This document shows positions 10,695 through 20,484 of a DNA stretch of 64,000 bases, in pieces. The DNA is from Spirochaetia bacterium (GTDB taxonomy: Bacteria > Spirochaetota > Spirochaetia > DSM-2461), in NCBI GenBank assembly GCA_963668315.1, contig OY764216.1, positions 4,800,001-4,864,000 of the forward strand, read 5' to 3'. Below the pieces are notes generated by a model. It saw nothing but the letters and a program-made list of their open reading frames with translations. It was not told where the DNA came from and ran no database searches. Positions within the stretch are counted from its first letter, which is position 1; each line of letters starts with the position of its first letter. The position numbers and the translations under genes were made by a program.

Positions 10695-11660
10695 ATGAAC
10701 AGACCCCATATCGTCATTACGGACAATCTTTTTCCCCATAACAATGAGGAAATACAGGTTTTCTCTTCCTTTAATGCTGACATCACAATACTAAACAACG
10801 AAGATATTTTTACAATAAAAGAAATTACACGAACCGCCGATGCCCTCCTGGTCAACATGACCGAGATCGATAGGGATTTTATCTCTGTTTTGGAAAAATG
10901 CAAAATTATTTCCCGCTACGGCGTTGGTTATGATAATGTGGATGTGGACGCGGCTACGGAGAAGGGCATCTGGGTGGGTACGGTACCGGACTACTGCTAC
11001 GAGGAGGTGGCCGAACATACCACGGCGCTGCTCCTGGCCCTCTCCCGGGATATTCTCTCCCGGGACCGGGCGGTACGCTCGGGACAATGGCGTTCCAAGC
11101 CCCTGAAAAAGCTCAGGCCCTTAAGGGGATCAACCCTGGGGATCCTGGGTTACGGCCGGACGGGCCATGCTTTCCATCACCAGATTCGGGGATTCGGTTT
11201 CGGCCGGGTACTCCTTTACAGCCGCAACCTCCAAATAGGCGATGAGATAGGAGGGGCCGAAGCGGTTTCCTTCGAGGAGCTCATCGCCCGGTCCGATTAT
11301 CTTTCAGTCCACATACCTCTGGACGAATCAACCCGGCATCTGATTAACCGGGAGGTGATTTTTTCCATGAAGGAGGGAGCCCGCCTTATCAATACGGCCC
11401 GCGGGGGCATTGTGGACGAAAAGGCCCTGTATGATGCTCTGGTATCGGGTCATCTGGGCGGGGCGGCGGTTGATGTTCTGGAAGAGGAACCGCCCCGGAG
11501 TGACAATCCCCTGTTAAAGCTAGATAATATGGTTTTCACCGACCATGAGGCCTATTACTCGGAACACTCCATCGCGGCGTTGAAAAGAAAAACGGCCGAG
11601 AACGCCCTGGCCTGCCTGCGCGACGGCAAGCCGGTCTTTAGTGTTAATACAGTGAAATAG
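10695..11660 (+). CDS. D-isomer-specific 2-hydroxyacid dehydrogenase (CtBP-like)
   Basis: RYGVGYDNVD, GILGYGRTG, INTARGGIVDE, DVLEEEP. Confidence 0.9.
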   Translation: MNRPHIVITDNLFPHNNEEIQVFSSFNADITILNNEDIFTIKEITRTADALLVNMTEIDRDFISVLEKCKIISRYGVGYDNVDVDAATEKGIWVGTVPDYCYEEVAEHTTALLLALSRDILSRDRAVRSGQWRSKPLKKLRPLRGSTLGILGYGRTGHAFHHQIRGFGFGRVLLYSRNLQIGDEIGGAEAVSFEELIARSDYLSVHIPLDESTRHLINREVIFSMKEGARLINTARGGIVDEKALYDALVSGHLGGAAVDVLEEEPPRSDNPLLKLDNMVFTDHEAYYSEHSIAALKRKTAENALACLRDGKPVFSVNTVK

Positions 11661-11669
11661 GAATCCTTC

Positions 11670-12359
11670 TTATTGGCGGGGAACATCCAGACGGGATACA
11701 TCCTCCCCGAAGAGGTTGACCGCCACCCTGTCATTCAGGGGATCGGTGGTGCTCTCCCCGTTCACATAGTAACAGTAGTGATGTACCCCCCCGGCCAGGG
11801 AGAGGCTGATTTCGTAAACCCCGGGGGATGTCTCCTTCATGGGGAACATATAGGGATCCCAGTTATTGAAGTCTCCCGCCAGGTAGACCGTTTCCCCTTC
11901 CCTGCCCCAATAGCGGCAGGTCACCCTGTTATCCAGTCCTATCTGAGGACTAATCTTCTCATTGGCCCTCTCCTTTCCCACGGTGAAGCGGGAAAGTTCC
12001 ACCCCGTTGCTTCCGGGAATGCGCCCGGGACAGGAGGGATCGGTCATCCAGATGCCGTCCACAATCAGCCTGTAGTCGATGTTCTCCACATAGGGCCAGG
12101 GCAGAAGGAAAAAGAAGACCCCGTTGCTGTTCTTCTGATAGGTATGTATCTCCCGATAATCCTCATGGGCAAAGGCGATTCCCACATGCCTTACGGGCTC
12201 CCGGCTCTTATAGGTGAAGATAATCTGGTCAAAGTACACTTCCGGCGCATCGGCATCCTCCATCTGGATAATCCTCAAGTGAAGGCGATAGTCGTCAATA
12301 ACGGCGAAAAGAGATATAATGGGCATCAATAGGAGAACTAGGATTAGGGTTTTCTTCAT
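11670..12359 (-). CDS. Secreted glycogen-binding (CBM48/E-set) domain protein
   Basis: Signal peptide; YRLIVDGIWMTDP; VYLAGDFNNWDP. Confidence 0.75.
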   Translation of the reverse strand: MKKTLILVLLLMPIISLFAVIDDYRLHLRIIQMEDADAPEVYFDQIIFTYKSREPVRHVGIAFAHEDYREIHTYQKNSNGVFFFLLPWPYVENIDYRLIVDGIWMTDPSCPGRIPGSNGVELSRFTVGKERANEKISPQIGLDNRVTCRYWGREGETVYLAGDFNNWDPYMFPMKETSPGVYEISLSLAGGVHHYCYYVNGESTTDPLNDRVAVNLFGEDVSRLDVPRQ

Positions 12360-12465
12360 GTTTTCTTTTCCTTATAGTAATTTTCGGTATAGAATGTTGT
12401 TGCTTTAGGATAGATTGCTAAGAAATTGCCCGGGGTTATCCGATATTGATATTAAAGGTTTATAA

Positions 12466-15447
12466 ATGCCCAGTATAGAAGCCGTCGACCGAATAAAAAA
12501 TGTGGTGAACTCATTAGGCAACGAAGCTGCCATCCTCCAGGAGAAAGGTGTCTCCCTGGAAGACGTCACCCCCCCCGAAGAGACGATTGACGCCGATCTG
12601 GAAGATCTTCTGAGTTCCGGTCCGGAGCTGGACGAAATGACCACCATGGATTCCCTCATAAGCAGCCTGGATGAGGAATCCCCCGAAGAAGACGATTTCT
12701 CCCTCGATGATCTGACCCTGACCGAAAGTCCCGATGACGACCTCTCCCTTCTGGATGAGCCTCTTGATCTGCCTCTGGATGATCTTCCCGAAATATCCGG
12801 CGAGGCCGGCCTGGAGGATCTGGACAGTCTGGAAGCCCCCCTTGATTTCTCCGAGGAACTGGCCGATCTGGACTTTTCTATGGAGGAGCCCTCCGAAGAG
12901 CAGGAAGAACAGGCCGATGGAGGAGAAGAATTCCCGGGGGAACCTCTGGAGGATCTGGAAGAACTGGGCGATCTTGATGACTTAAGCGACCTGGCTGAGC
13001 TCGAAGAGCTTTCCCTTGACGGGGAAGATCTATCCGAGCCCCTCCCGGAAGAGTCAATCGATCTGGATGAGGATTTCCCCGATGCCGGTACGGCCCTGGA
13101 AGACCTGGCCCTGGGCCTTGAAGAGGACGACACCGGGAACGACGACTCCCTGATGGGAGAGGAAATCGTCCTCGATGAAGATTTCGGTCTGAGTGAAATT
13201 GACGATGATTTTCTCGATGATATGGATGAATCCGATGAGAACCAGTTCTCCCTGGATGATCTGGGAGCGGAGTATAATTTTTCCGACGAGGGAAGCGATC
13301 TTTCCGCCGAGCTGGGGCTGGATCTTGATGAACTGGAAAAAAATATTGATCAGACGGTGGGAGACGAGGCCGCCAAGAATTTTGAGCTGACCGATGAGGA
13401 GCTGGAAAAACTGGAAGCGGCTCTCTATTTTCTGCCCCTGAACCTGAAAATCGCCATTCAGGACTTCTTCAGCGACGAAACAACTCCCGTTGATCAGCTC
13501 AATAAAATGACCTCCATGCTGCTCTCCGGAGCCTCGGTTAAAAACCTGGCCAATTCCTACCGGAAATACACGGGTAAAAAAATCGAGATTCCCCTGGGTT
13601 ATGAAAAGAAAAGCGGAGAGGATTTCGCCCGGGAAAGAGCCAGCCTGATAACCTTCGTCAAAGAGAAAGTCGCTCCCCGCATTTTGCTGGGACTGGGTTC
13701 GTTCTTTGCTGTCTGGTTTCTCTTCATTACCCTCTTCAACTTTGTGTACCGTCCCCTTAAAGCGGAATCGCTCTACACCAGGGGGATGAAAGAGATCGGA
13801 GAGGACAGCTATGCCGCCGGGGAGGAATACTTCAACGAAGCTTTCTTCGGCTGGGATATCGGCACCTTCCAGGTAAGGGGAGTTCCCCGGCAGGATAAGT
13901 TTTTTGTCTATGCCGATGAATACATTAAAAGGCGGAATTACCTTGGTGCCGAAGAGAAATATCAGCAGCTTCTCCAAGCCTACCCGGCAAATGAAAAGGG
14001 AAGAATTGCCTACGGCCGTCTCCTGAGCGAAAGGCTTGTACGTTACAGGGACGCCGAATATATCCTTAAGATTGCCGATCCCCTCATGCTGGCCGAAGCC
14101 TCCTCGGGCGATCTTCCCTACGAAGAGATCCCCCTGGAGGAGATCACTGAAATCAATAATGTGGATCAGCTGATCCTCCTGGGCGACAACTATCTGGCCT
14201 GGGCCGAAGAGGAACCGGATAAATTCGAAGAAGCCCGCTATATCTATGCGACACTCCTCAAGGAAAAGAGGGGCGGCAATACGGACGAAGTGCTACTGCG
14301 CATGTTCCGCTATCACCTCAGGCGGAACAACGGAGAAGAGATTGACAGACTTATGTCGGTCTATAAGGACAAGGAGAAAATCTCGGCCGATCCCACTCTG
14401 CAGGCACGGGTCTTCTCCGAACTGGCGGGCTGGCTTATCGATAACGGCCGTCCCCTGGAATCGCGGGATTTTATCCTTAAGGCGGAGGAAGCGGATAAAA
14501 CCGTACCCGGCTCCCACTACCAGTACGCCCGTTTTTTCCATCAGACCTACAACCGGGAGGGAGAAAAGAATGCCCTTACCAATGCCCTGGGATATCTGGA
14601 CCGCATGCCCGAAATGGACAAAGAGCATATATTCATGCAGATCGATTCCTACCGCCGGCTGGGGAATCTGACCCTCTATGTGGGGGATTATGAAAAAGCG
14701 GAACAGCAATATCTCACGGCTCTGGAGATCTACGAAAACAGTCACAGACTCAATCTGATAGGAACTTCCCCCGAAATAGGAGCCCTCTACGGAGAACTGG
14801 GAAATCTCAATTACGACCATTTCGGTGACTACTCAAAAGCCCTGGAGTACTTCGAGCTGGCCAAGGCCAATATGGGAGACACACCGGAGATTTCCTATAA
14901 GGAAGGCTTCATCCAGTACAATATGAATAAGGACTATCCCCGGGCGCTTCTGGAGTTTTACCGGGTATCCCGCTACTATCCGGAAAGCCGCAATCTTCTT
15001 CTGGCCATGGGAAACTCCCTGTTGAAGAGGGAGGATTATTACGGGGCTGTCAGTCAGTACGAGCAGCTGTTAAGCCTTTTGAAGGTGGAAGAGAGTAATA
15101 AGAAAGTGCTACTTCCCGATGAAAGGGAAGAGGAATGGGCTCTGATTGAGTATCTGATAATGACTTATAACAATCTGGGGGTGGCCCAGGAGGGAGTTTC
15201 CCGGAAAACTCCCAACCGCTTTATGGAAAACCAGGCTCTCAACTCCTTTACGGTCTCCTCGGAATACTTTGACAAGCTCCTTCGCAACCGCTCTACCAGC
15301 CAGAGAACGGAAATTTCCGACCGGGCCGGGGATAACCGGCAGCTGATCCTGGGGGGAGCCGAAGGAGGAGAGCTTAGCCTTTACGACGACATTCTCCCCC
15401 ATCTGGACGACATCCCCCGCTTCTACCGGGATAAACTGCAGGAATAG
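12466..15447 (+). CDS. flcA: Periplasmic flagellar collar protein FlcA-like
   Basis: Long D/E/L-rich N-terminus, LPLNLKIAI motif, one TM helix, TPR-like C-terminus; matches the spirochaete FlcA architecture as recalled. Confidence 0.7.
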   Translation: MPSIEAVDRIKNVVNSLGNEAAILQEKGVSLEDVTPPEETIDADLEDLLSSGPELDEMTTMDSLISSLDEESPEEDDFSLDDLTLTESPDDDLSLLDEPLDLPLDDLPEISGEAGLEDLDSLEAPLDFSEELADLDFSMEEPSEEQEEQADGGEEFPGEPLEDLEELGDLDDLSDLAELEELSLDGEDLSEPLPEESIDLDEDFPDAGTALEDLALGLEEDDTGNDDSLMGEEIVLDEDFGLSEIDDDFLDDMDESDENQFSLDDLGAEYNFSDEGSDLSAELGLDLDELEKNIDQTVGDEAAKNFELTDEELEKLEAALYFLPLNLKIAIQDFFSDETTPVDQLNKMTSMLLSGASVKNLANSYRKYTGKKIEIPLGYEKKSGEDFARERASLITFVKEKVAPRILLGLGSFFAVWFLFITLFNFVYRPLKAESLYTRGMKEIGEDSYAAGEEYFNEAFFGWDIGTFQVRGVPRQDKFFVYADEYIKRRNYLGAEEKYQQLLQAYPANEKGRIAYGRLLSERLVRYRDAEYILKIADPLMLAEASSGDLPYEEIPLEEITEINNVDQLILLGDNYLAWAEEEPDKFEEARYIYATLLKEKRGGNTDEVLLRMFRYHLRRNNGEEIDRLMSVYKDKEKISADPTLQARVFSELAGWLIDNGRPLESRDFILKAEEADKTVPGSHYQYARFFHQTYNREGEKNALTNALGYLDRMPEMDKEHIFMQIDSYRRLGNLTLYVGDYEKAEQQYLTALEIYENSHRLNLIGTSPEIGALYGELGNLNYDHFGDYSKALEYFELAKANMGDTPEISYKEGFIQYNMNKDYPRALLEFYRVSRYYPESRNLLLAMGNSLLKREDYYGAVSQYEQLLSLLKVEESNKKVLLPDEREEEWALIEYLIMTYNNLGVAQEGVSRKTPNRFMENQALNSFTVSSEYFDKLLRNRSTSQRTEISDRAGDNRQLILGGAEGGELSLYDDILPHLDDIPRFYRDKLQE

Positions 15448-15451
15448 CCTT

Positions 15452-16540
15452 TTAGGAGATACTCCACATCCAGTTGTAACGGTCCTCAATGGCTCCGTAC
15501 TGGATTCCCTTGAGCTCGATAAGAAGAGATTCGGAAACCTCTCCCGTACCTTTTTCATTAAAAACTTTTTTCTTGCCCATATGGGTCAGGCTGTTTATGG
15601 GCGTGAGACCCGCTGCCGTACCGGAAACAAAGCACTCTTTTCCTTCGGCGAATACCTCTTCCACGGAAAGTTTTCTCTCCTCGGTTTTGATATTCCTGTC
15701 GGCGGCCAGCTGCAGTATGGACTTTCTGGTAATACCGGGCAGAATGGTGTCGCCCAGTTCGGGAGTCACCAGAGTTCCGTCTTTCATGAGACAGAAGAAA
15801 TTACAGGAGGAACCTTCCTCAATATAGCGATGCTCCTCGGCATCAAGGAATATGGCTTCCATATATCCTTCGCCCATGGCTCTTTTCTTGGCCAGGGTGG
15901 AGATGACGTAATTGGCGTCGCATTTGATCCAGCCCGTACCGTTTTTGGTGGCCCGTATCATATCGGACGTAACGGCGGCATTGCTTTCACCCTCTTCGAA
16001 ATAGGCGCCCACCGGTGTAGCCACGATTACAACCCAGGGGAAATGGGACAGATTAACGCCGATACCCGGCTCGGAGTAGGTAAAAGGACGGACATAAAGG
16101 GCATGGCCTGAGAGATAGTTGTCCTTTTCCCAGGCGGGATCATATTTTACGGCGAAGCCCGATTCGGCATTCTTTCTGACCATCATGAGAGTAGCCTGAA
16201 TAAAGCGGTCCACTTCAATGGGAGGCATCATGAGGCCTTCCATGGATTTGTTCATTCTTTTCGCATTTTCATCGGGACGGAACAGTTTGATTCCCCCGTT
16301 CTTCTGGGGAAAGGCCTTCAGACCTTCGAAACAGCCCATACCGTACTGGGTGGTATAATTCACCAGAGGCATCTGGGGGAAACTGTTTCTCGAAGCTAGC
16401 AGCTCATTTCTGGATTTTTCATCCATTTTAAGCTCGTCTTCATAGGTACCGTGTTCTTTTTCGATAAAGGACTCTTCCCAGGATTCACCCGTAAATTTTG
16501 CCGTATAGACATGGGGAAACATTTCTAGAGTAAATGCCAT
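15452..16540 (-). CDS. ilvE: Branched-chain amino acid aminotransferase
   Basis: YGMGCFEGLKAF, LFRPDENAKRM, KCDANY, ILPGITRKS, GTAA. Confidence 0.92.
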   Translation of the reverse strand: MAFTLEMFPHVYTAKFTGESWEESFIEKEHGTYEDELKMDEKSRNELLASRNSFPQMPLVNYTTQYGMGCFEGLKAFPQKNGGIKLFRPDENAKRMNKSMEGLMMPPIEVDRFIQATLMMVRKNAESGFAVKYDPAWEKDNYLSGHALYVRPFTYSEPGIGVNLSHFPWVVIVATPVGAYFEEGESNAAVTSDMIRATKNGTGWIKCDANYVISTLAKKRAMGEGYMEAIFLDAEEHRYIEEGSSCNFFCLMKDGTLVTPELGDTILPGITRKSILQLAADRNIKTEERKLSVEEVFAEGKECFVSGTAAGLTPINSLTHMGKKKVFNEKGTGEVSESLLIELKGIQYGAIEDRYNWMWSIS

Positions 16541-16773
16541 AACAATCTCCTAATTATGATCCGGCAGATGAATAGCAATGAGATGAGTCTGTCAGACCGA
16601 AAATACTAAAAAATATAGTTAATTTTGTTCTCTTTCTCCTCTTTTGTCAATTCCCGGGGTCCCTTATCTTTATGCCTGAAATGCCTATATTGCGTTATAT
16701 GCATCACATCGTTGCACTTATTATAATAGGGAATTATACTTAATAAGGGAATCTCCCCCAGAGGAGGCATATC

Positions 16774-17778
16774 ATGGATTTTCAGAATGAACTCCGCCGC
16801 CGGGCCCGCCAGTCTCCCCGAACCATAATACTGCCGGAAACGGAGGATATACGCATTCTCAAAGGGGCTGCCCTTGCCCTGAGGGAACGCACAGCGCGCA
16901 TTATTCTGCTGGGCGAAAGGGAGAGAATCAGAAAAAAAGCCGATGAAGAGGACATAGACCTGAACGGGGCTCTGATCAGGGATATACGGAACGACCCCGA
17001 CAGGGAAAGATTTGCCGAAAAACTGGCCGAGCTGCGGTCCCATCGGGGCATGACTTTGTCCGAAGCGAGAGAAAAAGTCTCCGTTCCTCTGTGGTTCGGC
17101 GCTCTGGCCGTGTATTTCGGACAGGCCGACGGGATGGTGGCGGGGGCTTCCACGTCCAGCGCCGATGTATTCCACGCCGCCCTTCAGGTCATCGGACCGG
17201 CACCCGGAACCGAAGTCGTTTCGGTCGCCGGTTTTATGGAGATTCCCCGCTGCACGATGGGAGAAGAGGGGCTTTTCCTTTTTGCCGACTGCGTGGTGGT
17301 GGAGGATCCCACCGCCTCCCAGATGGCTTCCATCGCTCTCTCCGCCGCCCGGACATGGGAAACCCTGGTGGCAACTCCCCCCCGGGTAGCTCTCCTCTCC
17401 TACTCCACCAAGGGAAGCGCCCGAAGCCCCATGACGGAAAAAGTACGGATGGCGGCCCGGCTGGTGCGGGAAAGACGCCCCTCCCTCACATCCGACGGCG
17501 AGCTTCAGTTCGATACGGCGGTGGTGCCCGAAGTGGCCCGGATCAAAGCTCCGGAAAGTCCCGTCCAGGGCAGGGCCAATATCCTGATTTTCCCCGATCT
17601 TACCAGCGCCAACAGCAATTTCAAAAATGCCGAAAGACTGGGGGGAGGCTTTTTCCGGGCTTCCGTCGTCCAGGGACTGGCCCGACCGATAAATGACCTT
17701 TCACGGGGAACCACGGCGGAGACGGTGGCCGATACCATTGCCGTAACCGTGCTCCAGGCGGCGGCCCATGACGCTTAA
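16774..17778 (+). CDS. Phosphate acetyl/butyryltransferase (Pta fold)
   Basis: DGMVAGA, FADC, LLSYSTKGSA, DGELQFD, ANILIFPDL, NDLSRG. Confidence 0.85.
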   Translation: MDFQNELRRRARQSPRTIILPETEDIRILKGAALALRERTARIILLGERERIRKKADEEDIDLNGALIRDIRNDPDRERFAEKLAELRSHRGMTLSEAREKVSVPLWFGALAVYFGQADGMVAGASTSSADVFHAALQVIGPAPGTEVVSVAGFMEIPRCTMGEEGLFLFADCVVVEDPTASQMASIALSAARTWETLVATPPRVALLSYSTKGSARSPMTEKVRMAARLVRERRPSLTSDGELQFDTAVVPEVARIKAPESPVQGRANILIFPDLTSANSNFKNAERLGGGFFRASVVQGLARPINDLSRGTTAETVADTIAVTVLQAAAHDA

Positions 17779-18856
17779 TGAGGGGATTCTGGCCATCGAT
17801 CCGGGTTCAACGACGACGAAATTCGCCCTTTTTGACGGGGAGAGGGAGATCCTCCGCAAAAATCTCTGCCACGGGGAGGAGGAGCTGAATCCGCGGGTGC
17901 AGAAACAGCTCTCCCTGAGGCTGAACGCCGTAAAAGAGGCTCTCCGCGAAGCCGGTGTCGGTCCGTCAGACTTGAGTATGATTGCCGCCCGGGGAGGCTT
18001 TCTCCCTCCCATTAATGCGGGGGCCTATCGCATAGACCTGGAGATGGTGGAACATCTGTCCCGCTCGGATATCGGCGAACACGCCTCCAATCTGGCCGCT
18101 CAGATTGCGTTCCTACTCTCCGGCGAAAGAACGCCCCCGGTTCCTGCGATTATCTATGACGGGATAACCACCGACCAGCTTGACGTTCTGGCCCGCTACT
18201 CCGGATCGGCCCTGATAAGCCGATCCAGCCTCTGCCACTGCCTGAATATGCGCGCCGTGGCCATGAAAACCGCCGGCGACCTGGGCAGGACCTACGGAGA
18301 CGTTAATTTGATAGTGGCCCATCTGGGGGGAGGCATAACCCTCTCCCTCCATGGGGGAGGACGGATAATCGATATAATATCCGATGACGAGGGCCCCATG
18401 TCACCGGAGCGCTCCGGCCGCGTTCCCTGTCTCAAACTGATTAAGCTGTGCTATTCCGGCGAGTACAACCTCCGCCAGATGCAGAAAGCCATCAGGGGAG
18501 AGGGAGGGCTGAAGTCCTATCTGGGAACCCACGATATCCGGGAGATTCTCACAAGAATAGAGGAAGGAGACGGCTATGCCGAAGAGGTGATCAGGGCCAT
18601 GGTTCTGCAGATCGCCAAGGGGGTGGGAGAACTGTCCGTTGTGACGAACGGAAGGATTGACGGCATAATCATTACCGGGGGCATCGCCCATTCGGATCTG
18701 ATCGTCTCCTGGCTGAGAAAGAGAATTGAATTCATCGCCCCCGTAACCGTCATCCCCGGAGAGTTTGAACTGGAAGCCCTGGCGGCCGGAGCCCTTCGGG
18801 TTCTCCACCGGGAAGAACCGATTCAGACCCTGTCCTGGAAGAGTTCCCCGCTCTGA
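17768..18856 (+). CDS. buk: Butyrate (branched-chain carboxylate) kinase
   Basis: LAIDPGSTTTK, HASNL, IVAHLGGGI, EGPMSPERSG, ITGGIAHS, PGEFE. Confidence 0.9.
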   Translation: MTLNEGILAIDPGSTTTKFALFDGEREILRKNLCHGEEELNPRVQKQLSLRLNAVKEALREAGVGPSDLSMIAARGGFLPPINAGAYRIDLEMVEHLSRSDIGEHASNLAAQIAFLLSGERTPPVPAIIYDGITTDQLDVLARYSGSALISRSSLCHCLNMRAVAMKTAGDLGRTYGDVNLIVAHLGGGITLSLHGGGRIIDIISDDEGPMSPERSGRVPCLKLIKLCYSGEYNLRQMQKAIRGEGGLKSYLGTHDIREILTRIEEGDGYAEEVIRAMVLQIAKGVGELSVVTNGRIDGIIITGGIAHSDLIVSWLRKRIEFIAPVTVIPGEFELEALAAGALRVLHREEPIQTLSWKSSPL

Positions 18857-18987
18857 AGATAGTCTAATAGCCATTGTTCGGTTTTTTTCGCCACTTCTTT
18901 TCCCTCCCTCTCACTTCTGAGCCTGTTTATTATTTGGCACACTTTTTGCAATACAAAATATGGCACCAATTCGTAAAGGAGAGAATT

Positions 18988-19656
18988 TTGAAGAGAATAA
19001 AACGGTCCTTCCTGCTTATGCTGTCCGCCGTGCTGACGGGGACCATTATTTGTGTGTTCGCCTCGGCCGCCCTGACCTCCTGTTACTTCCCGGCCGGGGA
19101 GATTGATGATAAATCGCAGGGGAAAGCCCTATTTGTCATGGATATGCAGAAGGATTTCACAGAAGAAACAGGCCGATTACCCGTAGAGATGTCCCAGGCA
19201 GAAGGAGCTCTTACAAATATAAACGACCTTATCCAGTCCTCGGGAAAACAAAGGATGGATGTGATATATATAAGGAACGAGTTTCCCCGGAGAGCCTTCC
19301 TGGCCAACCGATTCAGAAATTTCGCCGCCGTGGCAGGGGAAGAGGGATCCGAATTTGACGACAGACTGATTCTTTCGGGCGGACCGGTTTTTACCAAGAA
19401 ACATCCCGATGCTTTTTCCAACGGAATGCTGAAAAACTACCTGAAGGCGAATGGAATAGGAGTCATCTATATTACGGGAGTTTATACCGATCAGTGTGTT
19501 CTTCGGACCGCCCTGAAGGCTGTGAAAAACGGTTACCGGGTCATCTGCCTGGAAGATGCCGTGGCGGGTAAAAACGAAAAGAGGGTGACCAGGGCCGTCC
19601 GGAAAATGGATCGGGCGGGAATTTCAATTATGACCACCGATGAAATAGTGAATTAA
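18988..19656 (+). CDS. Isochorismatase-family cysteine hydrolase
   Basis: ALFVMDMQKDF, K..PDAF, GVYTDQCV; TTG start after AAGGAG. Confidence 0.8.
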   Translation: MKRIKRSFLLMLSAVLTGTIICVFASAALTSCYFPAGEIDDKSQGKALFVMDMQKDFTEETGRLPVEMSQAEGALTNINDLIQSSGKQRMDVIYIRNEFPRRAFLANRFRNFAAVAGEEGSEFDDRLILSGGPVFTKKHPDAFSNGMLKNYLKANGIGVIYITGVYTDQCVLRTALKAVKNGYRVICLEDAVAGKNEKRVTRAVRKMDRAGISIMTTDEIVN

Positions 19657-19662
19657 GGGAGA

Positions 19663-20472
19663 ATGACAATGAAAAGAAATATGATCGTATTACTGATGCT
19701 GGCGGCCCTTACCGCCCTGTCCGCGATGGGAGGAAAACCGGCCGGTGCGGAAACCCTTCGGGAGGGGATGATTTTCCAGCTGGACGAAGTGGAAGAGCTG
19801 AGCACGGGCAGCAGCTGGGAAGTTACCCTGGAAGAGGGGACCCGGGCGGTTCTGGAAGTTACCGAAGCGCCCGACAGAAGGGGCTGGATAGATTACGACG
19901 GAAAATTCCTCCAGCTGGGAGTAGAGTCCAAACCGGGAATCAGCCTGAGATCCCGGCGCTACAGAGCTGTCCTGACCCTTCCCCGGCTGCCGGAAGAGCT
20001 GAACGCCTCATCGAGCAGCTGGATTCTGGCAGATATGGACGGAGAGGCGGAACGTTACTCCCTGAGAGTCAGCAGTTCGGCGGAGATTGTTCTGGATTCC
20101 CTCACGGCGAAGGAACTTATCGTTCACATCTCCAGTTCGGGGGAAGTCAAAATAGACCATATCAGGGCCGAAACCGTGAATGCCGATCTTTCCAGCAGCG
20201 CCGAACTGACCATAGAGGGAGGGGAAGCGGAATATCTCGAAACCAGTCTCTCCAGCTCGGCCGACATGAAATGCCCCGGATTAAGGGTAACGGGAAGCAT
20301 CTCCCTGAACAACAGCAGTTCCAGCCGGCTAGAGATAGGCCTTTCTGATACTGCCGAAGCAAAGGGAAGCATAAGTTCAAGCAGCCGCCTGATCATTCAC
20401 GGCGATCCGCCGGCCAGCCGGCTTCAGAATATCAGCCTGAGCTCCTCGGCGGAGATTGAAATGAAACCCTGA
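19663..20472 (+). CDS. Secreted GIN/DUF2807-like beta-solenoid protein
   Basis: Signal peptide; repeated LSSSA/ISSSG units. Confidence 0.65.
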   Translation: MTMKRNMIVLLMLAALTALSAMGGKPAGAETLREGMIFQLDEVEELSTGSSWEVTLEEGTRAVLEVTEAPDRRGWIDYDGKFLQLGVESKPGISLRSRRYRAVLTLPRLPEELNASSSSWILADMDGEAERYSLRVSSSAEIVLDSLTAKELIVHISSSGEVKIDHIRAETVNADLSSSAELTIEGGEAEYLETSLSSSADMKCPGLRVTGSISLNNSSSSRLEIGLSDTAEAKGSISSSSRLIIHGDPPASRLQNISLSSSAEIEMKP

Positions 20473-20484
20473 CCGGTTCGCCCG

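Noticed and set aside
12540..13400. Tandem repeat in the acidic N-terminus of FlcA
   Set aside because: Low-complexity D/E/L coding sequence with no discrete repeat unit; expected for this protein.
16541..16610. Ile/Leu-rich attenuator peptide upstream of ilvE
   Set aside because: Codons for LISLLFI and a hairpin exist on the minus strand, but there is no in-frame start codon or terminator.
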